Below are positions 1 through 9,584 of a DNA stretch of 64,000 nt, one piece after another. The position numbers were made by a program, and so were the translations under genes. This DNA comes from an uncultured Alphaproteobacteria bacterium (lineage in GTDB: Bacteria; Pseudomonadota; Alphaproteobacteria; Rhodobacterales; Rhodobacteraceae). Each line of letters starts with the position of its first letter. Within the stretch, counting starts at the first letter, position 1. The DNA is taken from NCBI GenBank assembly GCA_942490805.1, contig CALNYU010000008.1, positions 192,451 to 256,450 of the forward strand. Reading direction: 5' to 3'. The notes under the pieces were generated by a model. The model was not told the DNA's origin, made no database searches, and saw only the letters and a list, made by a program, of their open reading frames with translations.

Positions 1-368
1 ATGGGCATGCGGCAGGCGACAAAGTGTTGATCGAGCTGGCCAACCGCCTGCGCGAAAACCTGCGTGCGATTGATCTGGTGGCGCGGATGGGCGGGGAAGA
101 ATTCCTGGTGGCCATGCCCGGCACATCGGTCAGTGATGCACGGATGGCTGCAGACAGGCTTTGTGAACTGGTCAACACCACGCCGTTTAAGCTGGGCGAC
201 GGGCTCCCTACACTCAAGGTCACAGTGTCGGTCGGGGTCGCGGTCAGCGGGCAATTGAATGCCGAAAACAGCGCAATCAACAAGATATGCGATCGGGCGG
301 ACCAAGCGCTATATGCGGCCAAATCCGCTGGCCGCGATCAGGTCTCTGTCAGCAAATCAGCCGCCTGA
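1..368 (+). CDS. Diguanylate cyclase (GGDEF domain, PleD-like), 5' truncated by window edge
   Basis: Frame from nt 3 reads GHAAGDKVL...RAIDLVARMGGEEF...ADQALYAAKSAGRDQV; GGEEF active site and RxxD I-site. Confidence 0.9.
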   Translation, partial: GHAAGDKVLIELANRLRENLRAIDLVARMGGEEFLVAMPGTSVSDARMAADRLCELVNTTPFKLGDGLPTLKVTVSVGVAVSGQLNAENSAINKICDRADQALYAAKSAGRDQVSVSKSAA

Positions 369-848
369 GCTGCGCGCGCGGGGTGCGCGGGCGCGCGACA
401 TCTCTTCCAGCACCTGATCCGCAAATGCGCGGCGGCGCTCGGGTGTCATCGCGACAATCTGTTCCAGCATCACCTCTTGGGCCGTTGCCTGAACCGTGGC
501 GATCTGCTGGCTTTGCTCCACCAGCAAGGCCCGCAGGACATCGGGATCAAAAGGCTCGGCCTGCAAGGCGGCCACGACCCGGTTGACCCGACCGCGCAGG
601 TCAAAATCGCGCAACGACCGGTCCTCGCGCAACCTGCGGCCAATGGCGCGGCGTTCCTGTGGCTCCAGCGCCCGTGCAACCGGCCCAAGCCCAAGGTCGA
701 AACTCCGTGGTGGTCCCTCACCCCAACGCCCCGATACCGCCGCCCCCACGACCACGCCGACGACCGCGAGGTTCAGCGCAAGCGAGAGCACAAGCACGAT
801 CCGCCAAAGGCGGTTTGGACGCGCTTGTGGCGTTTTATCTTCAACCAT
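357..848 (-). CDS. Periplasmic heavy-metal sensor family (ZraP/CnrX-like) membrane-anchored protein
   Basis: N-terminal TM LVLSLALNLAVVGVVVG then helical domain ending MTPERRRAFAD; last gene of ECF cluster. Confidence 0.75.
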   Translation of the reverse strand: MVEDKTPQARPNRLWRIVLVLSLALNLAVVGVVVGAAVSGRWGEGPPRSFDLGLGPVARALEPQERRAIGRRLREDRSLRDFDLRGRVNRVVAALQAEPFDPDVLRALLVEQSQQIATVQATAQEVMLEQIVAMTPERRRAFADQVLEEMSRARAPRARSSGG

Positions 849-1203
849 CACCCAATGCTCCTGCGTCAAGGATCAAATCTGTTGCAAAGAGGTTGATACT
901 TACCTCATCCCCCATCATCGCGGCGGTCATATCCTGCACAGATGCAGGCGGCGCCACACCGACCCAAATGCCTGCAACCGTGGCCATCGCAAGCCCGCTG
1001 ACAGCGGGCCACCCGCCAATCACATCCAGAATGCGCGCAACAAAGCCGGGACGCGCTACGGACACCGCAACAGGGCGCGGTTGTGCCGCTTCGGCATCCG
1101 CGATCACACGTGCCATCAGGGCATCGCTTGGCGCAGGGGCTGACCCGCGCGCCTGCGCGAAAAGATCATCCAGCATGTCATCATTCGGGTTCGTCATCGT
1201 CAT
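841..1203 (-). CDS. Putative anti-sigma factor (single TM)
   Basis: LDDLFAQAR...PSDALMARVIADA N-terminus, TM GGWPAVSGLAMATVAGIWVG; overlaps the ECF sigma stop. Confidence 0.65.
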   Translation of the reverse strand: MTMTNPNDDMLDDLFAQARGSAPAPSDALMARVIADAEAAQPRPVAVSVARPGFVARILDVIGGWPAVSGLAMATVAGIWVGVAPPASVQDMTAAMMGDEVSINLFATDLILDAGALGDG

Positions 1204-1777
1204 ACCCCAGTTCTGCCTTCCGCCCCGCCATGATATCGGCAAGGGCCCGTTTCCCGCGTGCTGTCAAACTTTCCACGGACCGCACGCTGATGTCCATGAT
1301 TTGCGCAATTTCGGGGTTTGCGAGCCCTTCAAGGTGTCGCAGCGACACCGCCTGCGCCTGTCGTTCCGGCAATTGTGCCAGCGCATCCGAAAGGGCCGTC
1401 ATCCGGGCCTGCGTCTGCATTTGTGCCACCGCACTGGGCGCCGTGTCCAAAGGCTCGGCCACTTGATCCAGCGACACCCCACCCCGGCGCTTGCGCAACC
1501 GGTCGGTGCAAAGATTCGCCACCACACGGTAAAGCCACGTGCTCACCTGTGCCTCGCCCTGCCGCCAGTCGGGTGCTACTTTCCAAAGCCGCATCATGGC
1601 GTCTTGCGCCACATCCTCGGCCTCGGACCCATTGCCCAACATCCGCGTCGCCTGCGCCAGCACCCGCGGCAAGAGCCGGGCCGTCAGATAGCGCGCCGCC
1701 TGCCCATCGCCATTGGCGTAAGCGATCAAAAGCGCCTCGTCCGGGGCGCCCGCAAAAGGATCTGGCGATGCGTTCAT
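1181..1777 (-). CDS. ECF RNA polymerase sigma factor
   Basis: Region 2 AEDVAQDAMMRLW...STWLYRVVANLCTDRLRKR and region 4 LPERQAQAVSLRHLEGLANPEIAQIM. Confidence 0.92.
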   Translation of the reverse strand: MNASPDPFAGAPDEALLIAYANGDGQAARYLTARLLPRVLAQATRMLGNGSEAEDVAQDAMMRLWKVAPDWRQGEAQVSTWLYRVVANLCTDRLRKRRGGVSLDQVAEPLDTAPSAVAQMQTQARMTALSDALAQLPERQAQAVSLRHLEGLANPEIAQIMDISVRSVESLTARGKRALADIMAGRKAELGYDDDEPE

Positions 1778-1815
1778 CTGTGCGTTTGCTAGCCAACTTA
1801 GACACAAGTGGCAAT

Positions 1816-1843
1816 TGGCAGAGGGCTAAGGCGCCCTCTGCCA
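1816..1843. other. Strong intergenic hairpin between the EF-hand gene and the ECF sigma gene
   Basis: TGGCAGAGGGC-TAAGGC-GCCCTCTGCCA perfect 11-bp stem, no U-tract on the coding strand. Confidence 0.55.
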
Positions 1844-1851
1844 GCCGCGCC

Positions 1852-2331
1852 TTAACCGCGATCGCGTGGGCGGTCGCCACGATGATCACCGCGGCCTTCG
1901 CCGCGCCGTTCACCCATCCGCGCCTTCGCGGCTTCGAACTCTTCTGCGGAAATCACACCGTCGCTATCGGCATCGACGCGGTCAAACATCTGTGCCGCGC
2001 GGCGTTCACCCCGTGAGGGCATCTCGTCTTGCTGCAACAGACCGTCACCATTGTCGTCAAAACGTGCGATCATACGGGTGGCACGTTCTGCGGCCCGTTC
2101 GGCATCAGACGCGGCCAGTTCTGCGGCCGACAAAGCGCCATCACCATCAGTGTCCATGTCCGCAAAGCGGGCTTCGCCGCGCGCTTGCATCTCTTCAAGG
2201 GTCAAAGCCCCGTCACCATTTGCATCAAGTGTTGCGAAATCCGGCCGCTCACGGTGGTTTTCTGCCTGTGCTGCACCCGCTGCCAAAACGAGGCCAGAGA
2301 GAAGCGCTGCTGTCAAAATCTTCGTTTTCAT
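1852..2331 (-). CDS. Secreted EF-hand calcium-binding protein
   Basis: Signal peptide; four EF-hand loops DANGDGALTLEE, DTDGDGALSAAE, DDNGDGLLQQDE, DADSDGVISAEE. Confidence 0.9.
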   Translation of the reverse strand: MKTKILTAALLSGLVLAAGAAQAENHRERPDFATLDANGDGALTLEEMQARGEARFADMDTDGDGALSAAELAASDAERAAERATRMIARFDDNGDGLLQQDEMPSRGERRAAQMFDRVDADSDGVISAEEFEAAKARMGERRGEGRGDHRGDRPRDRG

Positions 2332-2510
2332 TGTGTCGTCCTTTTCACATCTGTGCAGCTTATTTGCGCTGCTGATGCTCCTTGAACGCGGGGCGGAAAA
2401 ACTTCCGTCGCAGGTTTTTCAAGAAAGTTCCGTCAGGCCACAAATCAGCGCACCCCCTTTTCAAACGGATCACGATAGTCCATGTGAAAAGAACAAGACG
2501 GAGCACCTCT

Positions 2511-2900
2511 ATGTCGAATGCAGAAACCTTCCTTGACGATCGCCCAACCAAGCCTGCCATTCTTAACGGGCTGCGGTGCAAGTGTCCTAACTGCGGCGAA
2601 GGCAAGCTTTTCTCGTCCTATCTGAAGGTGGCCGATACCTGCCCGGTGTGTGACGAGGAACTATTCCACCACCGTGCCGATGATGGTCCTGCCTATCTGA
2701 CGATCTTGCTGGTGGCGCATATTATCGGTTTTGTGATCCACTTTTGGTGGGTCTATTTCCGGCCTGAGCCATGGGTCATGGCGACTGGCCTGACAATCGG
2801 GTCTGTCGCGCTGTCTCTGGCGCTATTGCCACGCATGAAGGGCATGATTGTTGCCATTCAATGGTCCCGCCGGATGCACGGATTTGGCCATAACGAATAA
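2511..2900 (+). CDS. DUF983 family zinc-ribbon membrane protein
   Basis: CPNCGEGKLF...CPVC...HHRADDGPAY, two TMs, LLPRMKG. Confidence 0.88.
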   Translation: MSNAETFLDDRPTKPAILNGLRCKCPNCGEGKLFSSYLKVADTCPVCDEELFHHRADDGPAYLTILLVAHIIGFVIHFWWVYFRPEPWVMATGLTIGSVALSLALLPRMKGMIVAIQWSRRMHGFGHNE

Positions 2901-3588
2901 GGGACGCCCCATCGACAAATCCGCGATCAGAGATGCCGCGACCATCATCGTGCTTCGGGATGCGGCGACCCGACCATCGGTCCTGATGGGGCAACGCGGT
3001 GCGAGTGCTGCGTTCATGCCCGGTAAATTTGTCTTCCCCGGTGGTGCTGTTGACGCCAATGATGCGACCGTCCCCGTCACTCCGTTGACCGCGCGCGATG
3101 AAATGCGCCTTGCCAGTGAAAGCACCCTTGCCCCAACCGCTCTTGCCGCTGCTGCTATTCGCGAGCTTTGGGAAGAAACCGGACAGGTTCTGGGCCATCC
3201 CGGCGTTTGGCCCGATCCGCCACAAGGTTGGCGCGGCTTTGCAGCAACGGGCCATGTGCCCCATGCCACTGCGCTTGAGTTCTTTTTTCGCGCTGTCACC
3301 CCAACGGGGCGCCCCCGCCGTTTCGATGCACGGTTTTTTCTGGCGGATGTAGATCATCTGCAAACAGACCCAGACGATTTTTCAAATGCCGAGGATGAAT
3401 TGGCCCACCTGCAATGGGTGCCTTTGGCCGATGCGCGCCAGTTCAATCTGCCCTTCATCACGCAGGTCGTACTGGCCGAACTGGTCAGCCACATCGCCCG
3501 CGGCGGCCCGCCTGCCAGCGTGCCCTTCTTTCGCAATGATGACGAGGCACATCTCGTCACCCGCCTTGATGGCCGCAGCCCGCTTTAG
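2884..3588 (+). CDS. NUDIX hydrolase
   Basis: AFMPGKFVFPGG...AAAIRELWEETG...RRFDARFF; start approximate (TTG). Confidence 0.85.
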   Translation: MAITNKGRPIDKSAIRDAATIIVLRDAATRPSVLMGQRGASAAFMPGKFVFPGGAVDANDATVPVTPLTARDEMRLASESTLAPTALAAAAIRELWEETGQVLGHPGVWPDPPQGWRGFAATGHVPHATALEFFFRAVTPTGRPRRFDARFFLADVDHLQTDPDDFSNAEDELAHLQWVPLADARQFNLPFITQVVLAELVSHIARGGPPASVPFFRNDDEAHLVTRLDGRSPL

Positions 3589-4487
3589 AGCAGCAAGACC
3601 AGTGCAATGATGCTGACCGTGAGCAGCGCCAGACCTTGCCATTCGCGCAAGCTCACCTTCTCGCCAAAGACAAACGCCCCGATCATGAGCGAGAACAAAA
3701 GCTCAATCTGGCCCACCGCATTCACATAGGCCGCGTTCTGCAGCGTAAACGCCGTGAACCAACAGATAGACCCGATCATGCTGGTGATCCCCACCAGTCC
3801 AGCCACCCGCCACGCGGCCAGCACACGCCCGACCTCGCCCCGTTCGCGCCATACAAGCCAAAGCGCCATGGCGATGGTTTGAAAGGCGGTCACCAGCGCC
3901 AGCGTGATGATCGCGCGGTAAAACACATCGCCTTCGGCCAGTGACAGGGACGCGCCCCGATACCCGTTGCCGGAAATACCAAAGAGCACCCCTGCCCCAA
4001 GGCCCAGCGCGGTGGCGCGGTTGAAAATCCGCTGGTGCCAAGGACCGATCCCACCGGGCGGATCGGACAGCAAAATCACGCCCGCAAGACCGATCATCAT
4101 CGCCACGATGGTCAACGGGGTGAAGGTATCACCCAGAATGAGAAACCCGAACAATGCGCTCAGCAGCACTTCGGTCTTTTTGAAGGTAATACCGACAGCG
4201 AAATTGCGATGACTAAAAAGCGCCACCACACACATCGTCGCCAAAATCTGCGACATGCCCCCCGCAAAGGCATAGGGCCAGAACGCCGCCGGGATCGCGG
4301 GCAGACCTTGGCCTGACGCCGTCGCATAGGTGATCGCGATCATAGCGACCAAGGGCGACGAATAGATGAACCGTGCAAAGGTCGCGCCAGCGGTCGACAG
4401 CGCCATTCCCTTGAGCCGCTTTTGCAGCATAAACCGCAAAGTCTGGGCCGTTGCCGCACCAATGGTGATAGGGATCCAGAGTTCCAT
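3585..4487 (-). CDS. DMT/EamA family transporter
   Basis: About 10 hydrophobic helices; MELWIPITIG start. Confidence 0.85.
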   Translation of the reverse strand: MELWIPITIGAATAQTLRFMLQKRLKGMALSTAGATFARFIYSSPLVAMIAITYATASGQGLPAIPAAFWPYAFAGGMSQILATMCVVALFSHRNFAVGITFKKTEVLLSALFGFLILGDTFTPLTIVAMMIGLAGVILLSDPPGGIGPWHQRIFNRATALGLGAGVLFGISGNGYRGASLSLAEGDVFYRAIITLALVTAFQTIAMALWLVWRERGEVGRVLAAWRVAGLVGITSMIGSICWFTAFTLQNAAYVNAVGQIELLFSLMIGAFVFGEKVSLREWQGLALLTVSIIALVLLL

Positions 4488-4497
4488 CCCGGGCGGG

Positions 4498-5958
4498 CTA
4501 GCCCTTGACCCCCACCGCTTTGCCGGCCCCTTCGGGCATCGGCAATGCCGCATGGGCGGCGGCCACTTTTTCCAAAGTCGCCGCCAGCGCAGGGGCGGGA
4601 TCAGAGGCACGGCGGGTCGCAAGGCTGACGTGAATCAGCATATGCTCGCCCGTCGCCAGTTCGCGGTCCCCCTCAAACATGCGGTGGAAGACGTGCATCT
4701 TCTTGCCCGCGCCGTTCAACACTTGCGTTTCGATCCGGATCACAGCGCCCGCATGCACCTCATCCAGATGCCGGATGTGGGTTTCGGCAGTGAAATAGCT
4801 GCCGCCGGTCGCGATATACTCCGCGTCACAGCCCACAAGCGCCATCATCCGGTCGGTCGCATCGCCAAAGGCCTGCAGATACCGCGCTTCGTTCATATGC
4901 CCGTTATAATCGGTCCAATCGAGCGGTACGGCGCGTTCCACCGTCACGATGGGCTTGCCCAGATCATCGGGCAGGCCAATGGCCCCTTCCACACGGCGAT
5001 CCTGCTCATTCAAGAGCTTGCCCGCGCCCCAATTCTGCGCCTTCAGCCCGCGCAGAATTGTGACAAGGTTATTATCACGCGCGCGCTCAAGCTCACGGAT
5101 CGTGTGCATGCCCGATTGCGCATCGGATTGATCGGCCACCGCGTCAATCAACTCATCGGTCAGTTCAGGCACATCCATCAGCTTGGTCCAAGGCCATTCA
5201 AGACACGGCCCGAATTGTTCGATGAAATGCCGCATGCCTGCCTCGCCACCGGCAATGCGGTAGGTCTCAAACAGGCCCATCTGCGCCCAGCGCAGGCCAA
5301 ACCCATAGCGGATCGCGTTGTCGATTTCCTCGGTCGTGGCGATGCCGTCTTTGATCAGCCAAAGCGCTTCGCGCCAAACGGCCTCAAGGAAACGGTCGGC
5401 GATATGGGCGTCAATCTCGGCGCGGACATGCAATGGATACATGCCGATCTCGGTCAGGATCGTTTTGGCACGTTCAACGATTTGCGGCGCGGTCTTGTCG
5501 CTTGGCACCAGTTCGATCAGCGGCAACAGATAGACCGGATTGAACGGATGGGTGACGACGATCTGTTCGGGACGCGTGGCACAGCCTTGCAATTCGGACG
5601 GTTTGAACCCGCTGGTCGAGGACCCGATGACCGCATCATGCGGGCAATGTTCTTGCAGCGTTTGATAGACCTTGCGCTTCAGCTCCAACCGCTCTGGCAC
5701 GCTTTCCTGCACCCATGCCACATCGGCCACTGCCGCCGACATCGTGTCGTGAAAGCTCAGACGCCCCTCGGCGGGCAAGGCCACATCCGACAAGCCCGGC
5801 AAGGACCGGCGCGCGTTGTTCAGCACTTCGGTGATCTTGCGCTCGGCCTGCGGATCGGGGTCAAACACGCGGACATCCCAGCCCATCAGCAGGAACCGCG
5901 CGGCCCAACCGCCGCCTATGACGCCACCGCCGATAATCGCTGCTGTCTTTTGTGTCAT
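4498..5958 (-). CDS. lcdH: L-carnitine 3-dehydrogenase fused to a C-terminal thioesterase (hotdog) domain
   Basis: GGGVIGGGW Rossmann, HPFNPVYLLPLIE, GLRWAQMG; C-terminal DWTDYNGHMNEARY thioesterase motif. Confidence 0.88.
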   Translation of the reverse strand: MTQKTAAIIGGGVIGGGWAARFLLMGWDVRVFDPDPQAERKITEVLNNARRSLPGLSDVALPAEGRLSFHDTMSAAVADVAWVQESVPERLELKRKVYQTLQEHCPHDAVIGSSTSGFKPSELQGCATRPEQIVVTHPFNPVYLLPLIELVPSDKTAPQIVERAKTILTEIGMYPLHVRAEIDAHIADRFLEAVWREALWLIKDGIATTEEIDNAIRYGFGLRWAQMGLFETYRIAGGEAGMRHFIEQFGPCLEWPWTKLMDVPELTDELIDAVADQSDAQSGMHTIRELERARDNNLVTILRGLKAQNWGAGKLLNEQDRRVEGAIGLPDDLGKPIVTVERAVPLDWTDYNGHMNEARYLQAFGDATDRMMALVGCDAEYIATGGSYFTAETHIRHLDEVHAGAVIRIETQVLNGAGKKMHVFHRMFEGDRELATGEHMLIHVSLATRRASDPAPALAATLEKVAAAHAALPMPEGAGKAVGVKG

Positions 5959-5961
5959 GGT

Positions 5962-6231
5962 CTAGCCCGTTGGTTTGTCGTCAGGATGGTCAAATTCATC
6001 CGCCGGCACCGGCTCGCCCCGGATCGTTGGATCACAGGCCACCATCGCCGTATCGCTATCGCGGATGATCAAACCACCCCGCGCGCGGCAATCCTCAAAG
6101 GACATGCGGCCACCGATCACCATGAATTCACGCATACCGCCGCCGCCACTGGTGCTGCTGACCATGCCGCTGCCACCTTCACAGGCGGCCAAGGCGATTA
6201 CGCTTCCCAAAATCAAACGTCTCATCATCAA
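5962..6231 (-). CDS. Small hypothetical lipoprotein
   Basis: Lipobox LAAC; CRARGGLII...C motif; overlaps upstream stop. Confidence 0.65.
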   Translation of the reverse strand: MMMRRLILGSVIALAACEGGSGMVSSTSGGGGMREFMVIGGRMSFEDCRARGGLIIRDSDTAMVACDPTIRGEPVPADEFDHPDDKPTG

Positions 6232-6755
6232 AACTCCTCCAGTCGGCTCAAATCATAGCCGTTGAATTCCAAAACATCACGCGCCGCTTCCAAACGGTCG
6301 GCGCGAATGTCGGGCGTGCGGTTCAAAATCCAGCCCGACCGCCCGTTAGGGGCACCCACGACAGCGGTGCGATAATCCTCATCCGTCCAAAGCACCCAGT
6401 AATCGGCGGCGACGAATGGCACCGACGGGAACCGCACTTTGAGCCGCCCGGGGCCGACAATTTCTGCCGTGCCCTCAATGCGCGCTGTTTCTTGGCCTGC
6501 CTCATCGCGGCAAATGTTCAGAACGGACAACAGCCCGTCATCCCGCAAACCGTATTCAGCCGTCACACCCACGCATCCTGCCTGAAATGGCACGGGATAA
6601 CGTGACACCTCATACCAGACGCCCAGATAGCGTTCCGGCGCGAACACCGCTTTCGATGAGATCGGCACGTCCGTGTCGCGGTAAACCGAGAACAGGCCAC
6701 CACTGTCCTGCGTCGAACAGCCCGCCAAAAGCAGGATCAGCGCCAAAGCCCTCAT
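6228..6755 (-). CDS. blc: Outer-membrane lipocalin lipoprotein (Blc-like)
   Basis: Lipobox LAGC; RYLGVWYEVSR, YWVLWTDEDY, GWILNRTP lipocalin motifs. Confidence 0.88.
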   Translation of the reverse strand: MRALALILLLAGCSTQDSGGLFSVYRDTDVPISSKAVFAPERYLGVWYEVSRYPVPFQAGCVGVTAEYGLRDDGLLSVLNICRDEAGQETARIEGTAEIVGPGRLKVRFPSVPFVAADYWVLWTDEDYRTAVVGAPNGRSGWILNRTPDIRADRLEAARDVLEFNGYDLSRLEEF

Positions 6756-7666
6756 TTGGCCACCGGCGCGCGTTTGGTCAGACCCAGCTTGGCGCGGACT
6801 TCTGCAGGGCCGATCACCTTTGCGCCAAGGTTCTCGATAATCCCCACGGCGCGGTCTACCAGTTGCGCATTCGTCGCCAAAACGCCGCGATCCAGCATCA
6901 GGTTGTCTTCAAGCCCAACACGCACATTGCCACCCGCCAGCACAGAGGCCGCCACATAAGGCATCTGGCTGCGCCCCAGGCCAAAGGCCGAAAACGTCCA
7001 ATCATCCGGCACGTTGTTTACCATCGCCATAAAGGTATTGAGGTCATCCGGCGCGCCCCAAGGCACCCCCATGCAAAGCTGGACCAAAGCGGGGCTGTCC
7101 AGCACGCCGTCTTTGACCAGTTGCTTGGCATACCACAGATGGCCGGTGTCAAAGGCCTCAATCTCGGGTTTCACCCCCAGTGCGGTCATCATCCGGCCCA
7201 TAGCAATCAACATGCCGGGGGTGTTGGTCATCACATAGTCGGCTTCGGCAAAGTTCATCGTGCCGCAATCAAGCGTGCAAATCTCGGGCAGGCATTCGGC
7301 CACATGGGCGACCCTTTCGGTGGCCCCCACCATATCCGTGCCCGCAATCGTCGGCAGGGGCGTCTCAACACCGCCAAAAACCATATCACCACCCATGCCT
7401 GCGGTCAGGTTCAAGACAACATCGACCTCTGCATCGCGGATACGCTCGGTCACTTCACGGTAAAGCGCGAGATCGCGCGAAGGCGTGCCGGTTTCAGGAT
7501 CACGCACGTGGCAATGCACGACAGCAGCACCCGCCTTGGCCGCATCAATCGCACTTTCGGCGATCTGCTGGGGTGAGCGTGGAACATGCGGGCTGCGATC
7601 CTGGGTCGCGCCGGATCCTGTGACAGCACAGGTGATAAACACCTCTTTGTTCATTTGCAGGGGCAT
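6752..7666 (-). CDS. Beta-keto acid cleavage enzyme (BKACE/DUF849), probable 3-dehydrocarnitine cleavage enzyme
   Basis: FITCAVTG, HCHVRDP, GGNVRVGLEDN; in operon with carnitine dehydrogenase. Confidence 0.88.
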   Translation of the reverse strand: MPLQMNKEVFITCAVTGSGATQDRSPHVPRSPQQIAESAIDAAKAGAAVVHCHVRDPETGTPSRDLALYREVTERIRDAEVDVVLNLTAGMGGDMVFGGVETPLPTIAGTDMVGATERVAHVAECLPEICTLDCGTMNFAEADYVMTNTPGMLIAMGRMMTALGVKPEIEAFDTGHLWYAKQLVKDGVLDSPALVQLCMGVPWGAPDDLNTFMAMVNNVPDDWTFSAFGLGRSQMPYVAASVLAGGNVRVGLEDNLMLDRGVLATNAQLVDRAVGIIENLGAKVIGPAEVRAKLGLTKRAPVAK

Positions 7667-7918
7667 GTGCGGTCTCCTTTGGGTGTTTTCGCGACACTTG
7701 CCCATATCCTGACACCGCACAAGGCAGAATTCTTGACAGCTTCCCTTCCCGCCTGCCATGCACTGGCCATGACCAGAACAAAGCACACCGCAGTGATCTA
7801 TTATACCAACGCGATATCACGGCGGCTGGTCCAACTCTGATTCTCAATGACAACAGCCGCCCGCAAGGGTGCGCATGTTCTGTCTCTCCTTGCGGGCAAC
7901 CAACGCAGGGAAACCATA

Positions 7919-8398
7919 ATGACCGATATCTTGATCGACATGGCAAGGCCGCGCGACGTGGCGCGCATGCAGCAACTGATCCGTGAACTCTCTGCATTTC
8001 ATGGGGATGAGGCACAGGTGACGCTGGAACAACTGCGGGGCATCTTCTTTGGCCCATCCCCGAAAGGCGTGGCTTTTCTCGCACGCGAGGCGGGCGAGAC
8101 GATTGGCTATGCGGGTGTGCTGGAAACAGTCGCCGTGCAGAGTGCCGTGCCCCGTTTTGACATCCACCATTTGCATGTGGTCGAGACATGGCGCGGTCAA
8201 GGCGTTGGCAGCACCTTGATTGCAGCGGCAAAGACTTATGCCGCTGCACGCGGCGCGCGCGGTCTGACCATCGGGACAGATCCGCGCAATGCGTTAGCGC
8301 AGGCCGCCTACCGCGCCATGGGGCTGCAAGAGATCACCGATGCGGGGCCACGGTTCTGGATTGAGATTGCGACCGATGCACCCCGTAAGGTGGATTGA
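7919..8398 (+). CDS. GNAT family N-acetyltransferase
   Basis: LHVVETWRGQGVGSTLI acetyl-CoA motif A; NALAQAAYRAMG. Confidence 0.85.
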   Translation: MTDILIDMARPRDVARMQQLIRELSAFHGDEAQVTLEQLRGIFFGPSPKGVAFLAREAGETIGYAGVLETVAVQSAVPRFDIHHLHVVETWRGQGVGSTLIAAAKTYAAARGARGLTIGTDPRNALAQAAYRAMGLQEITDAGPRFWIEIATDAPRKVD

Positions 8399-8410
8399 AA
8401 TCCACCTTAC
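8385..8410. repeat. REP-like palindrome copy 1
   Basis: GTAAGGTGGATT-GA-AATCCACCTTAC perfect 12-bp arms; contains the GNAT stop. Confidence 0.85.
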
Positions 8411-9454
8411 CTAGTAGGGCATTGGATGCTGCTTATGCACCGCATCAATCTCGGCGATCACCTCATCCGACAGCACCACGTCCTTGCCATCAAGGATTTG
8501 CGTCAACTGCGCCGAGGTGGTCGCCCCAAAGATCGCAGACACCGCAAAAGGCCGCGTGCGCTGCCACGCCATTGCCATATGGACCGGATCGAGCCCGTGC
8601 TTGGCCGCCAGATCAAGATAGGCCTGTGCTGTGGGCCACAACCGGTCGGTCACGCGGCCACCCAGATCACCGTTGAGCGACAAACGGCTGCCACCCGGCA
8701 CAGCGCCGTTTTGATATTTTCCTGTCAGCACACCGCAGGCCAGCGGCGAAAATGACAGCAAGGTCACATCTTCATTCACCGCCATCTCGGCCATGTCGGT
8801 GTCATAGAGACGGCAGAGCAGCGAATATTCGTTCTGCACCGACGCCATACGCGGCAGACCGGCGGCCTCGGCCTGATCGATCCACTTGGTCATCCCCCAA
8901 GCGCTTTCGTTCGACATGCCAATGCTGCGGATTTTGCCCGCTTTGACCATATCGCCCAGCGCCTCAAGCACGTCCATCATATGATCCATCGTCTGCTGGC
9001 GGTTCTGGCCCGACGGATCATAGGTCCAGTTCTGGCGGAACATGTAAGAACCCCGGATCGGCCAGTGCATCTGGTACAGATCAATCACATCCGTCTGCAG
9101 CCGCTTGAGCGATGTCTCCACCGCCTCGCGGATCACAGCACCGTCATAGCCGCGCCCTTCACGCACCCAGCCGGGGTTATTGCCGGACACTTTGGTCGCA
9201 ATCACAACCTCATCACGGCGACCGGTCTTGGCGATCCAGTTGCCAATGATCTGTTCCGACAGGCCCACAGTTTCGGCGCTGATCGGATTGACGGGATACA
9301 TCTCGGCGGTGTCGAGAAAGTTGATACCGGCATCCAGCGCCATGTCGATCTGGTTATGCGCGTCATCTTCCGGCGTTTGATTGCCAAAGGTCATGGTGCC
9401 CAGGCACCATTCGCTGACCATAATATCGGTGCGGCCAAGGGGGAGTTGCTTCAT
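8411..9454 (-). CDS. Aldo/keto reductase (Tas-like)
   Basis: CLGTMTFG, DTAEMYP, DLYQMHWP, QNEYSLLCR, SPLACGVLTGKY. Confidence 0.9.
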   Translation of the reverse strand: MKQLPLGRTDIMVSEWCLGTMTFGNQTPEDDAHNQIDMALDAGINFLDTAEMYPVNPISAETVGLSEQIIGNWIAKTGRRDEVVIATKVSGNNPGWVREGRGYDGAVIREAVETSLKRLQTDVIDLYQMHWPIRGSYMFRQNWTYDPSGQNRQQTMDHMMDVLEALGDMVKAGKIRSIGMSNESAWGMTKWIDQAEAAGLPRMASVQNEYSLLCRLYDTDMAEMAVNEDVTLLSFSPLACGVLTGKYQNGAVPGGSRLSLNGDLGGRVTDRLWPTAQAYLDLAAKHGLDPVHMAMAWQRTRPFAVSAIFGATTSAQLTQILDGKDVVLSDEVIAEIDAVHKQHPMPY

Positions 9455-9584
9455 TGGTATTCGCCTTGCTCTAATTTCGTCGCAGACCCTAATGCGCCCG
9501 CAGTTAAGGGCAAGGGTGCAAAGACGACATTGCCTGTCGATTATGGCCAAGCTCCACGGGTGCCGTGGGGTCATAGCTCAAACC

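Noticed and set aside
4366..6258. Long antisense ORFs (also 23030-24013, 36621-37490, 41927-42988 and others)
   Set aside because: Shadow ORFs opposite well-supported genes in high-GC DNA, with no recognisable motifs.
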